From Octopus bimaculoides (Eukaryota): DNA of 64,000 nucleotides. How positions within the stretch are numbered: position 1 is the first letter of the stretch; each line of letters starts with the position of its first letter. A program made the translations under genes and the position numbers. Under the pieces are notes generated by a model, which was not told the origin of the DNA, did no database searches, and worked only from the letters and a program-made list of their open reading frames with translations. The stretch is taken from NCBI RefSeq assembly GCF_001194135.2, contig NC_068988.1, forward strand, positions 80,215,059-80,279,058, written 5' to 3'. Of the stretch, positions 38,169 through 51,234 are shown piece by piece.

Positions 38169-38364
38169 CTAACAAAAGCAGAGTCAATGACAGATTAACT
38201 GGAAATAATTATAAAATCCCTAATTTCATACAAGAATATTTATTCGATTTCATGAAATGTTGATATCTTCTTTATCATAATATTTTACAAAATAAAACAG
38301 TCTCAGTAATTTCAAAATGGAATTTCTTTGTATTTGTGGAGGCATTGTTAATGAGGTAAATGAG

Positions 38365-38555
38365 GTAAACATGCCAGGCAAAATGCTTAGTAGCAGTTTG
38401 TCTGTCTTTACGTTTTGTGTTCAAATTCTACCAAGGTCGACTGCTTTTCATCTTTTCAGGATCAATAGAATAAGTGCCAGTTGAGTACTGGGGTCAATGT
38501 AATTGACTTATCCTGTCTCCCAAATTTTCTGGCCTTGTGCTTAAATTTGGAACCA
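38365..38555 (+). mobile_element. SINE family A
   Basis: ggcaaaatgcttag...ttcaaattctaccaaggtcgactgcttttcatc. Confidence 0.78.
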
Positions 38556-38621
38556 ATATTAACAAAGCAAATATGAGCTATCATTAATAACTGTTAGACA
38601 GCATAATAAACACAATATATG

Positions 38622-38954
38622 TAAACCTTCTCAACTTGTGACCTATGCAACTTATGACCATCCGCACTTATGACCGCAAAAAATAAATAGATAAATAAAA
38701 GTAAATAAATAAATAATCAATATTTGGGTATTGGATAGCTGTGCCTACAATAACTATGGCAGCATCTGGCAACATAGGCCTCCCTATGACCCAGGCATCC
38801 ACTGTCTGCCACTGTCTCTCACTCAGTCACTTTCAAGCATCAGTTAGATTTGAATGAAAATAATGTTGAAAAATATAAATTCGACACATGACCAGATCAA
38901 CTTATGACCTGTCAGTCAGAACAGAACTCAGTCATAAGTGAAGGAGAAGGTGTA
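38622..38954. mobile_element. pogo/Tigger-like MITE
   Basis: TIRs ta(a/c)accttctc..cacttatgac at both ends, with subterminal acttatgacc repeats. Confidence 0.7.
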
Positions 38955-39295
38955 CTTAAATTTAATTAGTGAATACTGTAATTAGTGTAGTTTGTGCAGT
39001 CTAATAAACTCCATTTATGTTATGAAGAGTAATTAGTGAATGTTGTAGAGTATAACAAACATTGTATATGTAGTTAGGTGTAATTAGCACATATTGTAAT
39101 TAATGCATGTTGTAATGAGTCTACAATATACACAGTACAATAATACACTACACATGTAGTAATTTGTGTATTAGTATCATTATAAATTTTAAGTTTCTTG
39201 GATCTATAAAGTATGGAAACAAGTCCCCGCAATCACTTCAATTGTTGGGTCACACTATCATCAAAGATCTCTCTTAGCAAAAGTATTTCTTTAAC

Positions 39296-39549
39296 ATAGC
39301 TGTTTCATTAACATAAGCACCACCAAGTGTATAATTACATAACTGTGATACACATTTAATTTAAATTGAATTGAATTAAACTAAATTACTTAAAAAAAAC
39401 TGTTATGGTACTGGAGCAATCTTGAGGATTGGGTAAACTCAGTTTTTAAATCAATTTGACTTAATTTCATTTAATTTAAAGTAAATTAAATATGTATCAT
39501 CATCATGTAATTATACATTTGGTAGTGTTTATCTTAATGTAACAGCTAT
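39296..39549. repeat. Hairpin inverted repeat (about 107-bp arms, 37-bp loop), MITE-like
   Basis: 39296-39402 versus 39440-39549. Confidence 0.8.
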
Positions 39550-39759
39550 TGAGTACAATTAAAGTATAAACTATTTGTGAAATTTATGCTTTTCTGCTTG
39601 TATTCTAAATATGTTGCTCACAAAGATCATTGTAGCCAATTATGTATATACATGCAAATAGGTCCCATTTGAATTTACTGCAATGAAATGACATGTGGGT
39701 GTTTAAATGAACTGTTATTTATTGAGCTCTTAATTACCATCATTATAATCTAGATACAT

Positions 39760-40015
39760 ATCTTTTATCTTTTACTTGTTTCAGTCATTAGATTGTTGCC
39801 ATGCTGGGACACTGCCTTGAAGGTCAAACACATCAATCCCAGTAATATTTTCTAAGCCTGGTGCTTATCCATCAATCTCTTATATATGACGAGCTTCCAT
39901 ACAGTTTCCATCCACCAAATTCGGTTACAAAATATTGATCAGCCCAAGGTGCCACACAGTGGGAATGAACCCAAACCACATGGTTACAAAGCAAGCTTCT
40001 TAACCATATAGCCTT
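39760..40015 (-). mobile_element. Degenerate family B SINE
   Basis: cttttacttgtttcagtcattagattg..gccatgctggg tail and tRNA-like head at about 40015. Confidence 0.75.
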
Positions 40016-40429
40016 GCCCATGATTATGTATATTCACAATTCAAAAACAGACTTACAACATTTGGAAATGTATTGTATTTTACATGTGGCTTGCACTGCA
40101 ATACTCTGTCTCCATCATTTGTCAACTCTAGATTACAATAATTTTGACAGCTTCCAACAAAATCACTTTCCCCAGCAGATACTCTCAGTGATTACTTGGG
40201 TTCCTTGGTAAATAAACACTGTGACTTACTTTTTCTGTATGCAATTCATTAACCACCACATTAACCAACTGCAGCTTTAACAACTCCAACCATGCAGCAA
40301 ATATTTTATTCTACTACCCACAAAGGCTTTATTCTCTGCTTTCAGCATTGTCTTTTCTACAACAGCTGTTTTGCAGCCTTCAACATGTAATAATAATTTC
40401 AGTGTATAATAAATTATTTTATATGTCTG

Positions 40430-41345
40430 CACCAATGTGCATGCCAACCAGTTTGTCCAATGTTTGGGGAGTGGCAAAGAGAGCAGAGGATGCAGTAAAT
40501 CAGATTACTAGAGGTGCAAGTGAATGAATCGGTGATATGGTAGGGGCAGTGGTGAGTACTGGTGAGGACAGTGGTGTTGGAAAGGAAGGAACACATGCAG
40601 CAGGGTGGTTGAGAGCAAGATAAGGAGCCAGGTTGAATGTCAGGAGTGGGGAAGAAGCAATGGACCAGTCGGTCATATAAGTTGCAAGTGCGTTTGAAGG
40701 AAGGGTTGCGTGGGTTGAGGAAGATGTGGAAGGTGGACAGTCAGATAGGAGTTGGCGGAAAGTACGTAAAATAGTGGAGACATAGAGTAGAGATATAGTA
40801 GGTGAGGTGGAAAGTGAGGTGGCTAAGGGTAGAATGTGTATGGGGAGAGCAGGTAGATTCATGGATAACTTGACCGGGAATGGATGAGGGTGATTTAGAT
40901 AATGGTAGTGAAGCATCCTCGTTGGGTTGAGTGGTGACCCAAGAGTTGAGACTGTGTCTCAAGATAATGGTCGTCCAAACAGAGCTGAACACTCCTTGGT
41001 AACAAGCGTGTCTATCCCCTTCTCTCAGATTGGATGGAGGAACTGAGAGTAGGTGACAGACAGTTTAGTGTGGGCAGGATGGGAGGAAGAGAAGTTGAGG
41101 CAAGAGTGGGAGTTTGTGTGCTTGTAATGGATGGAGGAAGTGATAAGAGACAAAGGAATTGAGACGTTCACAGGAGAGTAAGGTTGTGGCGATACAGTCG
41201 TCAATGTTCCAACCGTATAACTCAAAAGTGGGACCAGTAACCTGTGAAACCACTTGGGCCTCAGCATAGCTGAGGAACAAGTTCGCATAGTTGAGACCCA
41301 TTCTCGTTCCCATAGTCTATTCCGATACCTCATGATAAAACTCTC
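40430..41345 (-). mobile_element. Penelope-like retroelement remnant (RT C-half plus GIY-YIG endonuclease)
   Basis: MGTRMGLNYANLF..YGWNIDDC (RT), SHSCLNFSSSHPAHTKLSV.YSQF, and FTCTSSNLIYCILCSLC..NIGQTG (GIY-YIG). Confidence 0.88.
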
Positions 41346-41361
41346 CTGCAAAAACACACAT

Positions 41362-41411
<50 letters not shown>

Positions 41412-41579
41412 GCACACACATACACACATATATCTTTTAACTTTTACTTGTTTCAGTCATCAGACTGTGGTCATGCTGCTGCAGCGCCTTCAAGAAATTT
41501 TAGTTGAATGAATCGATCCCAGTACTTATTTTTTAAAAGCTTGGTACTTATTCTACTAATATCTTGCCTGGAGTCCATG

Positions 41580-42035
41580 CCATAAATCGAGAAAGGTATG
41601 GAGTTCAAAGTTAGCAGCAGGGGAAATTGAAAGTGAGGTTGTTTCTGGCAACAGTGGAGTCTGTTCTTCTATACAAAGCTGAAACATGGACGCTCTCTAA
41701 AGCATTGAAGAAGCAGTTGGATGGTTCTTATACAAGGATGCTTAGAATAGCACTCAATGTCATACAACAAACGCTGTAACATTGAAAATACAGCATAGAA
41801 GGATGAGGCTAGCTGGACACTGCATCATACACTGCATCAGAAATTACTAACAAGCTAGTGCTCTGGCAACCAACGGAAGGGAAAACCAGGAGAGGAAGGA
41901 GGAAGATGACCTATATCGACAACTTGCTGGAGGATACTAGTATGGAAAGGGTACAGGAGCTGAGGACCATTATGGAAGATCGAGATGAATGGGGAAAACG
42001 TATGGAAACAGTCTTAGGGTGTCCTGTGGGACGAC
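41580..42035 (+). mobile_element. RTE-X-like LINE 3' remnant
   Basis: KVRLFLATVESVLLYKAETWTL..QLDGSYTRMLRIALNV...RLAGHC...LVLWQPTEGKTRRGRRKMTYIDNLLED..MEDRDEW. Confidence 0.8.
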
Positions 42036-42504
42036 CTCTCTCTCTCTCTCTCTCTCTCTCTCNNNNNNNNNNNNNNNNNNNNNNNNNNNNNNNNNNNNNN
42101 NNNNNNNNNNNNNNNNNNNNNNNNNNNNNNNNNNNNNNNNNNNNNNNNNNNNNNNNNNNNNNNNNNNNNNNNNNNNNNNNNNNNNNNNNNNNNNNNNNNN
42201 NNNNNNNNNNNNNNNNNNNNNNNNNNNNNNNNNNNNNNNNNNNNNNNNNNNNNNNNNNNNNNNNNNNNNNNNNNNNNNNNNNNNNNNNNNNNNNNNNNNN
42301 NNNNNNNNNNNNNNNNNNNNNNNNNNNNNNNNNNNNNNNNNNNNNNNNNNNNNNNNNNNNNNNNNNTATATATATATATATGCATATGTATATGTGTGTG
42401 CATACGTGTGTGTGTGTATAGGTACATACATACATATGTGTAAGAAGAGAGAGAGAGAGAGAGAGAGAGATGTAAACATATTCTGAAGTATGATAACTGA
42501 ATAC

Positions 42505-42653
42505 CTGTAGGAATAACGCCAATTTTCATTGTTGGTTTAGTGGGTATCACATTGGAAGACATCCAGTCTGCAGGACAAACGTTGCTGTTGCTTTTATCCA
42601 TCAAAGCATTAACCACTTTATTGACTGTTCCATCACCACCAATTACCACTAAG
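42505..42653 (-). CDS. CERKL: CERKL-like exon carrying the GGDG ATP-binding motif
   Basis: cttacAG acceptor and G|GTATTC donor. Encodes LVVIGGDGTVNKVVNAL...MKIGVIPT(G). 149 bp, phase 2/1. Confidence 0.95.
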
Positions 42654-43168
42654 CTGTAAGATAAAGAAACAATATAGAGTTAGATATCACTATATAGAAG
42701 CAGGGGGAAGACATTGGTTCCTTTAACTATTTGCTCATTTCAACAGTTCAACAAGAAATGCTTCAGATGTCTAGATGTCTAGATGTGCAACTATATACAT
42801 ACATAAAACAAAACATACAAATCTGAACACATACATACATACATACGTACATACATACACACATACATACAAAAATACCCTGCTGTTAACACCGAAATTC
42901 CAATGAAGGAGCCTGGGATCTAGAAACCAGCTCTTTCTCTATTGGCAAGAAATCTTGAAATAAAACAGAACAATGACATACATATGCATATAAATAAGCA
43001 CAGGCATGGCTGTGTGGTAAGAAGCTTGCTTCCTGACCACATGGTTCCAGGTGCAGTCCCACACACATATAAGCATACTTAGACACGCCCATACTTAGAC
43101 ACGTCCCACACACATATAAGCATACTTTGACACCCCCATACATACATACATACATACACACACATACA

Positions 43169-43202
<34 letters not shown>

Positions 43203-43439
43203 CATGATTACACACATGATTATATATACACACTTTCTTTCATAAATCATAATGTTATTAAATAATATGTTGGCATCTTTATGTTAACTCCTATTCATTC
43301 ATCTCTTAATGTTAACGCATATGTATTGATCTGTTAATCTTAACTCCAAGATATATATTGATATATAATGTAATATAATATAATACATAGATATTGATCA
43401 TATTTATATCTATGTACGAATGCACGCATGTGTGTGTGC

Positions 43440-43650
43440 GCGTGTATGTCTGTGTTTTCCGACCCCCCTCCCCACCACCACCACCACCACCATTGCTTGA
43501 CAACCGATGTTGGTGCGCTTATGTCTCAAAACTTAGAGACTGATAGAATAAGTACTAGGCTTACAAAGAATAAGTCCTGGGCTCAGTTTCTTTGACTAAA
43601 GGTGGTGCTCCAGCATGAGCGCAGTCAAATGGCTGAAACAAGTAAAAGAA
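43440..43650 (+). mobile_element. Family B SINE 3' half
   Basis: gaataagtactaggcttacaaagaataagtcctggg...gcagtcaaatggctgaaacaagtaaaag. Confidence 0.8.
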
Positions 43651-45199
43651 TNNNNNNNNNNNNNNNNNNNNNNNNNNNNNNNNNNNNNNNNNNNNNNNNN
43701 NNNNNNNNNNNNNNNNNNNNNNNNNNNNNNNNNNNNNNNNNNNNNNNNNNNNNNNNNNNNNNNNNNNNNNNNNNNNNNNNNNNNNNNNNNNNNNNNNNNN
43801 NNNNNNNNNNNNNNNNNNNNNNNNNNNNNNNNNNNNNNNNNNNNNNNNNNNNNNNNNNNNNNNNNNNNNNNNNNNNNNNNNNNNNNNNNNNNNNNNNNNN
43901 NNNNNNNNNNNNNNNNNNNNNNNNNNNNNNNNNNNNNNNNNNNNNNNNNNNNNNNNNNNNNNNNNNNNNNNNNNNNNNNNNNNNNNNNNNNNNNNNNNNN
44001 NNNNNNNNNNNNNNNNNNNNNNNNNNNNNNNNNNNNNNNNNNNNNNNNNNNNNNNNNNNNNNNNNNNNNNNNNNNNNNNNNNNNNNNNNNNNNNNNGGTG
44101 AGGGGGTGTATAAACATACAAACATATCCCTACATATAATGCATCAGTATGTGTGTGTATTAGCAAATAACATCCAGATATTAATTTACAAGAATATGTA
44201 ACATTCATATATCGATATATAAGAGTTAGCAGCATTAGGATATTGATATATAGGAGTAAATAACTTTCCGATATCAATATCTATAAGCTAACATTAAAAT
44301 ATCAATATATATCTTGGAGTTAAGATTAAGAGATCAATACATATGAGTTAACATCAAGAGATGAATGAGTAGGAGTTAACATAAAGATGCCAATATAAGC
44401 ATTTAATAACATTATGATTTATGAAAGAAAGTGTGTATATATAATCATGTATGTATGTATAGTATGCATATGTGCAGATTTGTATGTTTTGCTTTATGTA
44501 TGTATTCTCATGCATATAGTTGCATTATCTCTGTATGTATGTATGTATGTGTGTGTATGTATGTATGTATGTGTGTGTGTGTATGTATGTATGTATGTAT
44601 GTATGTATGTATGTATGTATGTATGTATGTATGTATGTATGTATGGGTGTGTCTAAGTATGCTTATATGTGTATGTATCTGCATGGATATATTCACACAC
44701 GCCTCTTTATAAGAGGATATTTGTTTGTAGCTATACGTAGATAGTTATCTGTTTAAGTAGCCATGACTTGCAAATACCTTGCCTATTCCTTTCCTCCTGC
44801 CACACACTTTTAGGCTTTGATTTGTTCTTTGCATTTTATATTCACTAGCATATGTCAGCCATAATATCCTCAAATTTCAATCCTTCTTGTATTATCGTAA
44901 AGTTGTCTTTTTTTTCTCCTCTTACCATATGACTCAGAATATTCTAATGACCACCTTTCGTGTATATTAGAGCAACTCTAACCTCATAATGTAAACTGGT
45001 GTCTTTCTCTTTTGACATTATCTCTATCTCTACCCATGTTATTGTTGCAAACCACCCCTTTCTTCTTAATCACTCCCATTGGTTGATGCTCAGTAAACGC
45101 TCAGACTTTTTGTATTTCAACGTACCATCTGATGGTCCAATTTCTAATTGACCACTGATCTTAATTATCAGTTTCAGAAATGATTGTAATGGAATGAAG

Positions 45200-45359
45200 C
45201 AGGGGTGGACCCAAAGAAGCGGGGCTGAGGTGCACGTGCCCCCTCAACAAAAGAAGTGCACCCTTCTAAATAATGTTATTACATCTTTTTCTCCTAGAAT
45301 TGTAATCCCTTCTGACCATGTGCCCCACCCACTTCGAAAAATTCCTGGGACCGCGCCTG
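45200..45359. mobile_element. Short MITE-like element with GC-rich TIRs
   Basis: CAGGGGTGGACCCA...CTGGGACCGCGCCTG. No clear TSD. Confidence 0.5.
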
Positions 45360-45699
45360 TAAAGAAATAACAAGTTACTTTCCATTATCCTCCAATACTA
45401 TATCTGCTCTTCATACTATGTAATAGTCCTATACTGTATGCCTATTCCTTTTACCAGATCACACAGCAACGCAGTATTAACATAGATACTCGGAACCGCA
45501 ACCTTATACCAGTGTTGCCAACTTAAAATCAGAAATTTATGCTAAATTACAGTAGAAAGAATACCAAAAAAGGCTAAAAAATGCTAAATAGGGAAAAAAA
45601 AAAATGCTAAAGACTAATTATATCAAAATGCTTAATTTTTATTTACATTTCTATTTACTTTCTTTAATTATATTCATCATTGAGAAATAATTTCTTGAA

Positions 45700-48680
45700 T
45701 TTCACTGATTTGAACACTTTCAGCTGCAGTGCCTAGGTCTTGCCTTCTGAATACATTCAAGGTCCCAACCTTGTTAATTATGTGCTTTGGAATATCAAAG
45801 TTTTAGCAGCATTTGCCATATCATTCCAGACCATATTTTAGGAATTCAAGACAGGTTGCCCCTGGGAGCTCCTCTATACTGATGACCTTGCTCTAATTGC
45901 TGAGTCACTATCAGAACTAGAGGAGACGTTTCAGGTGTGAAAGCAAGGATTAGAATCGAAGGGCCTTAGAGTCAACCTAGCTAAAACCAAAATCCTAATA
46001 AGTAGAAAGGTAGACAAACCACAAACCCCTTCAGGTAGATGATTCTGCTTGATCTGTAGAAAAGGCGTAGGTAGAAACTCCATAAGATGTACCCAGTGTA
46101 AGCTATGGATACATAAGAGGTGCAGCAATATCAAAGGAAGGCTAACTAGCAAGATAGTTTTTGTATGTGGCAGATTCTCAGGAGCAATAAACACTGGAAA
46201 TGTGCAGAGAACAACTTCTGCTACATTCCAGGGAGAAAAACTAGAAGTGGTTGATAGCTTCCTAGGTTACCTAGGTGACCAAGTTAGTAGCAGGAGGAAG
46301 GTGTGCTGAAAGTGTAGCTGCTAGAATAAGAACAGCATGGGCAAAGTTCAGAGAGCTCTTACCTCTGCTGGTGACAAAAGGCCTCTCGCTCAGAGTAAAA
46401 GGCAGACTGTCTGATGCTTGTGTACAAACAGCCATGCTACATGACAGTGAAACATGGGCCATGACTGCTGAGGACATGCATAAGCTCGCAAGGAATGAAG
46501 CCAGTAGATAGATGGCTAATGTTATAGATGCGTAATGTAAGTGTGCATACTCGAAAGAGTGTAAGTACCTTGAGAGAAAAGTTGGTCCTAAGACGTATCA
46601 GTTGTGGTGTGCAAGAGAGACGATTGTGCTGGTATGGTCATGTAGCGAGAATGGATGAGGATAGCTGTGGGAAAAAGTGCCACAGCCTTGCGGTTGAGGG
46701 TACCTGTGGAAGAGGTAAACCCAGGAAGACCTGGGATGAGGTGGTGAAGCATGACCTTCGAACATTAGGCCTCACCGAGGCAATGACTAATGACCAAGAC
46801 CTTTGGAAATATTCTGTGCATGACAAGACCCAGCAAGACAAGTGAGACCATAACCCATGGCCTTTACCAGGGGTGTAGCCAGCCCACTTATGCATACCTT
46901 TCTTTCTTTGGACAGAAAACCCTGCTTGCAAAGACCTGTTGAGGCAAGTGAAATTGAAATCGAAATTGAACCAAATTCGTTGACTGGCACCCATGCCAAC
47001 CTTTCTTCGTTGGACACTAAACTCAGCTTGCGAAGACCTGTTGGGGCAAGTGAAATTGAAACTGAACGAAATTCGATGACTGGCACCCATGCCAGAGGAG
47101 TGTTAACAGCACCATCCCAGCAGGATCACTGCCAGAGCAGCGATCTTACTTCCGTGTTGGTGGCACATAAAAAGCACCATTTGAGCGTGATTGTTTCCAG
47201 CTTCGCCTTACTGGCACTCATGCTGGTGGCATGTGAACAAAACATTGGACTGACTCCTGTGCAGGTGGCACATAAAAACCACCATGTGAGTGTGGCTGTT
47301 GCCAGTACCACCGGACTGGCCCTTGTGCCGGTGGCACGTAAAAAGCACCCACTACACTCTCGGAGTGGTTGGCATTAGGAAGGGCATCCAGCGCTAGAAA
47401 CTCTGCCAGATCAGATTGGAGTCTGGTGTAGCAATCTGGTTCGCCAGTCCCCAGTCAAATCGTCCAACCCATGCCAGCATGGAAAGCAGACGTTAAATGA
47501 TGATGATGATGATGAGTATTGATCTAAGCATAGGAAGATGAATTTTGTTTTTCAATTTTGATTTGATTACGTCCATACCACTGAACAACCGCTCAACTTC
47601 TGCATTTGAGTTTGGCAATGTCTAGATTAATGGCAAAATTTGCAACATCTCTAAAAGGATTTCCTCCAGGAGCATCTTTATATTCCAAGACTTCTGGCCA
47701 GAATGCCTCAGTTTTAGATGTATGTATCCATTTAACTAAGTGAATGCTATTAAATTGAACTTCAATTGAAGCAATTTTTTTTTCATTTAAATGCATTGCT
47801 TCTAAGACAGATAAAACTGGCTCTTTGAAATGCTTCAAAATACTCTGTACTGAAAAGCATTTGATATTCCTCAGTGTATTAATATTGTCTAGCAAACGGT
47901 GCTTGAGCTCTTTATAAAGGCAGAGTAAAAATTGTTGTGCTCTTTTGCAAATACTATTTTCTTTGGTGGCTGTTACAGTCTTCTTGATAATCATTTCTGC
48001 TATCTTTCTCTCAAACCTGTAGCCTAAATTTGGTTTAGGATCCAGAAATTTTTCAATAGAAGCATCATGATCAAAAGGATCAATTCTACATGTTGGCAAC
48101 ACTATCATATTAGCAACAAATTTGATCAAATTTGAAAGATCTTCAAGTAATTTTGTTTTGTCAACAGTGTTTGATTCAAACAATTTATTCACTTCCTGAA
48201 CATGTTTTAAAATTGGATGCAAAAATAAAAGGTAAAGTTCATTCTTAAAATCACAAAACATTTCATGTAACATTTGTGCTGTAAAGCATTTTTCTTTTGT
48301 AGTTGTAGTTTGGAAGTGAGTTTGCAATTCAAACCATTGGCTTAAAATTCTATTTACTGCTGGTTTTATTGACAGCCACGTAGTTGTACAAGAATTCACA
48401 ATCTTCAAAGGCTCTTTATCATTGAAAACAAGGTAAAGTTGTTTGTTAGGCACTTTGTCTTGTTGAAGAATGAGAGAACCATTTCGGATATTAAAAAGTG
48501 TGGGATACTGCCAACTGTAAAGAATGACATACACATCTGAATAGAAGTAATGATGGAACTTCTTTTAATTTCTGGGAAACACCATTGTTGACTTCTATGA
48601 TTACTCTAGCATTGTCGGTTCCTATAGCCAGTAAATTTTATATATCATACATTCTTGAGGTGAAGAATACTGATTCAGGA
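45700..48680 (-). pseudogene. Disrupted hAT transposase (RNase-H-like core plus dimerisation domain), split by an RTE insertion
   Basis: AIGTDNA..NNGV..LK..P.LL..RCVCHSLQLA, TTWLS (TRWLS motif), LPNSNAEVERLFS, then KYGL..CC..FDIP beyond the RTE. Frameshifts and stops present. Confidence 0.9.
45840..47517 (+). mobile_element. 5'-truncated RTE LINE nested in the hAT
   Basis: GCPWELLYTDDLAL (RT), CLICRKGVGRNSIRCTQCKLWIHKRCS, QERRLCWYGHVARMDEDSC, repeated 3' UTR and (GAT)n tail. Confidence 0.93.
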
Positions 48681-49516
48681 TGCAGGGTGGCCAACTCATG
48701 AAGTAAAATCTGCAGAAATCCTAAAACTGAGTTCTGATATAAACCTGGGAACATTATATTTTGCTTCCAATCTAACATTTAATATCTATTGGTAAAACCA
48801 CAAATACAACTACAATACTTGAAAAACAAAAGTAAGTAGAAATATAAAGGGGGAGACCCCCACCCCCGGACTTCTATACAAGATATATAATCCAAAACAA
48901 GCATGAAAAAACACAGGCCTATTTTAAAACAGTCAAACTGAGAGTAAATCAGTCAACCTGTTATGATAAAAACTCATCACTACAGAATAAAGCATTGTTA
49001 GGACGAATTTCCACGCTTTCATTCTTTGCAACATATTTACATTATTGTGTAGTGAGTTCAGGTGCTGACATGAGTTATCTTCTCCTCCTCCCCCCACCAG
49101 CACCACTCTGTATCCAAGCCGGTGGGGAGGAGCTGGAAAAGTTCATAACTTGGTAAACTTCCTTTTGATAAACTTTCATTTGAAGTTTCATGAAAGTGAA
49201 AGAAAAATTCAACAACAGCCAGTAGTACTAAAATTTGCCTGTAAGATACTTTAACAAAAGTAGAAAAGGAGGAAAAAGAAGAAAAAAGGGTAGCTATTAT
49301 GGAAATGTCATGATCAGAGAAAAATGCTAAATAAAATTTTAAACCTGCTATTTTTCCTGCTAAATGCTAGATTCAAAAATTTTCTGCTAAATGCTAAAAA
49401 CAAAACCTAGATCTAACATAAAATATGCTAAATTGGCAACCCTGCCTTATACTGTAGTTTGTTATGCATTTCGACCATCTATTTCCACGATGTGACCGTG
49501 CATACTCTTGTGCATT

Positions 49517-49566
<50 letters not shown>

Positions 49567-50526
49567 CATGTGTGTATGTGTACGAGTGTTAGACTGTCTA
49601 ATGTGTGTATGTGTAAAAGGCAGTTGGACATATGTACGTGAGTGAATGTGTGTGTGTGTGTGTGTGTGTGTGCGTGCATGTGTGTGAGCATGCATACACG
49701 TGTGTACGAGGTTATTGTATGTGTGTATATTATACACATTTATGTGTGTATATTATGTACTTTTATGTGTATGTCTATGTATGTGAACAAGTGTGCATGT
49801 CTCTGTTTTCAATTGGTGTGTGTATATAGAGCTTTTAGATAAAATATGTGGGTGTATAAAGTTAATATGTGTGTGTATGTTGTGTTTGTGCATATGTATA
49901 CATGTGTAAGGGCATTTGTACGTGTGTATGAGGCTATCTGAAGCATGTTGTTGGAAGATGTGTGCAGGTCAGTCTGGATGGAAGCTCAGGTGTAATAGGG
50001 GTGACAAGGGAAGTAAGTGTTGGGAGGTGTGGATGCATAAATATAGTCCTATACTGTATGCACATTCCTTTCACTGTACGTGAAGGGAAGTGGAAGTGTG
50101 GGTGCTAGTGTTAGTGGAATGGAAAGGAGTGTGTGCATGTATGCTGTAAGTGCATAATATGTTGTGTGGGTAATGAGTTAGTTAAACAGTGTGGAAAAGG
50201 CATGGGGGATAGAGGAGGAGGGCAGAAAATGTGGGAGGCATGTGGTGTGTGTAAATGTGTGTTGAGGTAGGCTTAGAGGAAGAGTGATGAAGAATTGAGA
50301 CCATAAGGAACTGAAGAACAGAGAGGAAAAAATGAACTCCTGCTTATGCCAGCAGCAGGAGTCCGGATGGCCTCTGTGCAAGGCCAGTCTGACCATAGAC
50401 AGATGTTGCAGGAAGTGATCTGTCAAGCAAAAGTGACACGATATGCATTGTCATTCTTGAGTCCCAAAGATAATCGGCAAACCAGTCAGCTACTGCTGGC
50501 CAGTTTGACCAATGTACAGGAAGTGA

Positions 50527-50575
<49 letters not shown>

Positions 50576-50743
50576 GAGAGAGAGAGGGAGAGAGAGTGAG
50601 AGAGAGAGAGAGAGAGTGAGTAAAGAATGCAGTAGATCAAATTGTTATGTATGTATGTATGTATGTATGTATGTATGTATGTGCGTGATGCATGCGTGTG
50701 TGTATGTGTGTATATATATATATGTGTGTGCATACATATATAT

Positions 50744-50800
<57 letters not shown>

Positions 50801-51202
50801 GATTCAGTAGCCACCTTATTATTACCTTATTAATATCATTAATAATGGTAATAATACATCTTTATATATATATATATATCGTTATATCAACCAGACTATC
50901 AGATGTTGCCACCATGCTGGCAGGGTAGGTAGACCAACATTCCCCCAAACAGACCACCAGTAACTCATAGGGTTACATATTTACAGATGATTGGACTGGT
51001 GCAACATGAAATGAAGAATTTTGCTCAAGAGCACAGTGCACTGCTGGTATGGTAATCAAAACTACAATCTTGCAATTTTGAGTGCAATACTCTAACCACT
51101 AGGCTATTATTTAGAAAAATATATACACACTATCAAGTGAGTGTTTGAATTAAATAACCCCCGGTATAAATATATATTCAGACTAGTGATAAAACAATTT
51201 GG

Positions 51203-51234
<32 letters not shown>

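Larger units (their letters stand above)
45510..49444 (-). mobile_element. hAT DNA transposon (3935 bp) with TIRs and perfect 8-bp TSD
   Basis: CCTTATAC at 45502-45509 and 49445-49452. TIRs CAGTGTTGCCAAC / AATTGGCAACCCTG. Subterminal tgctaaa repeats at both ends. Confidence 0.95.

Noticed and set aside
47593-48534. 313-aa ORF as a domesticated ZBED/ZNF862-like host gene
   Set aside because: It lies inside a TIR/TSD-bounded hAT, is frameshifted at both ends, and its C-terminus is split by an RTE.
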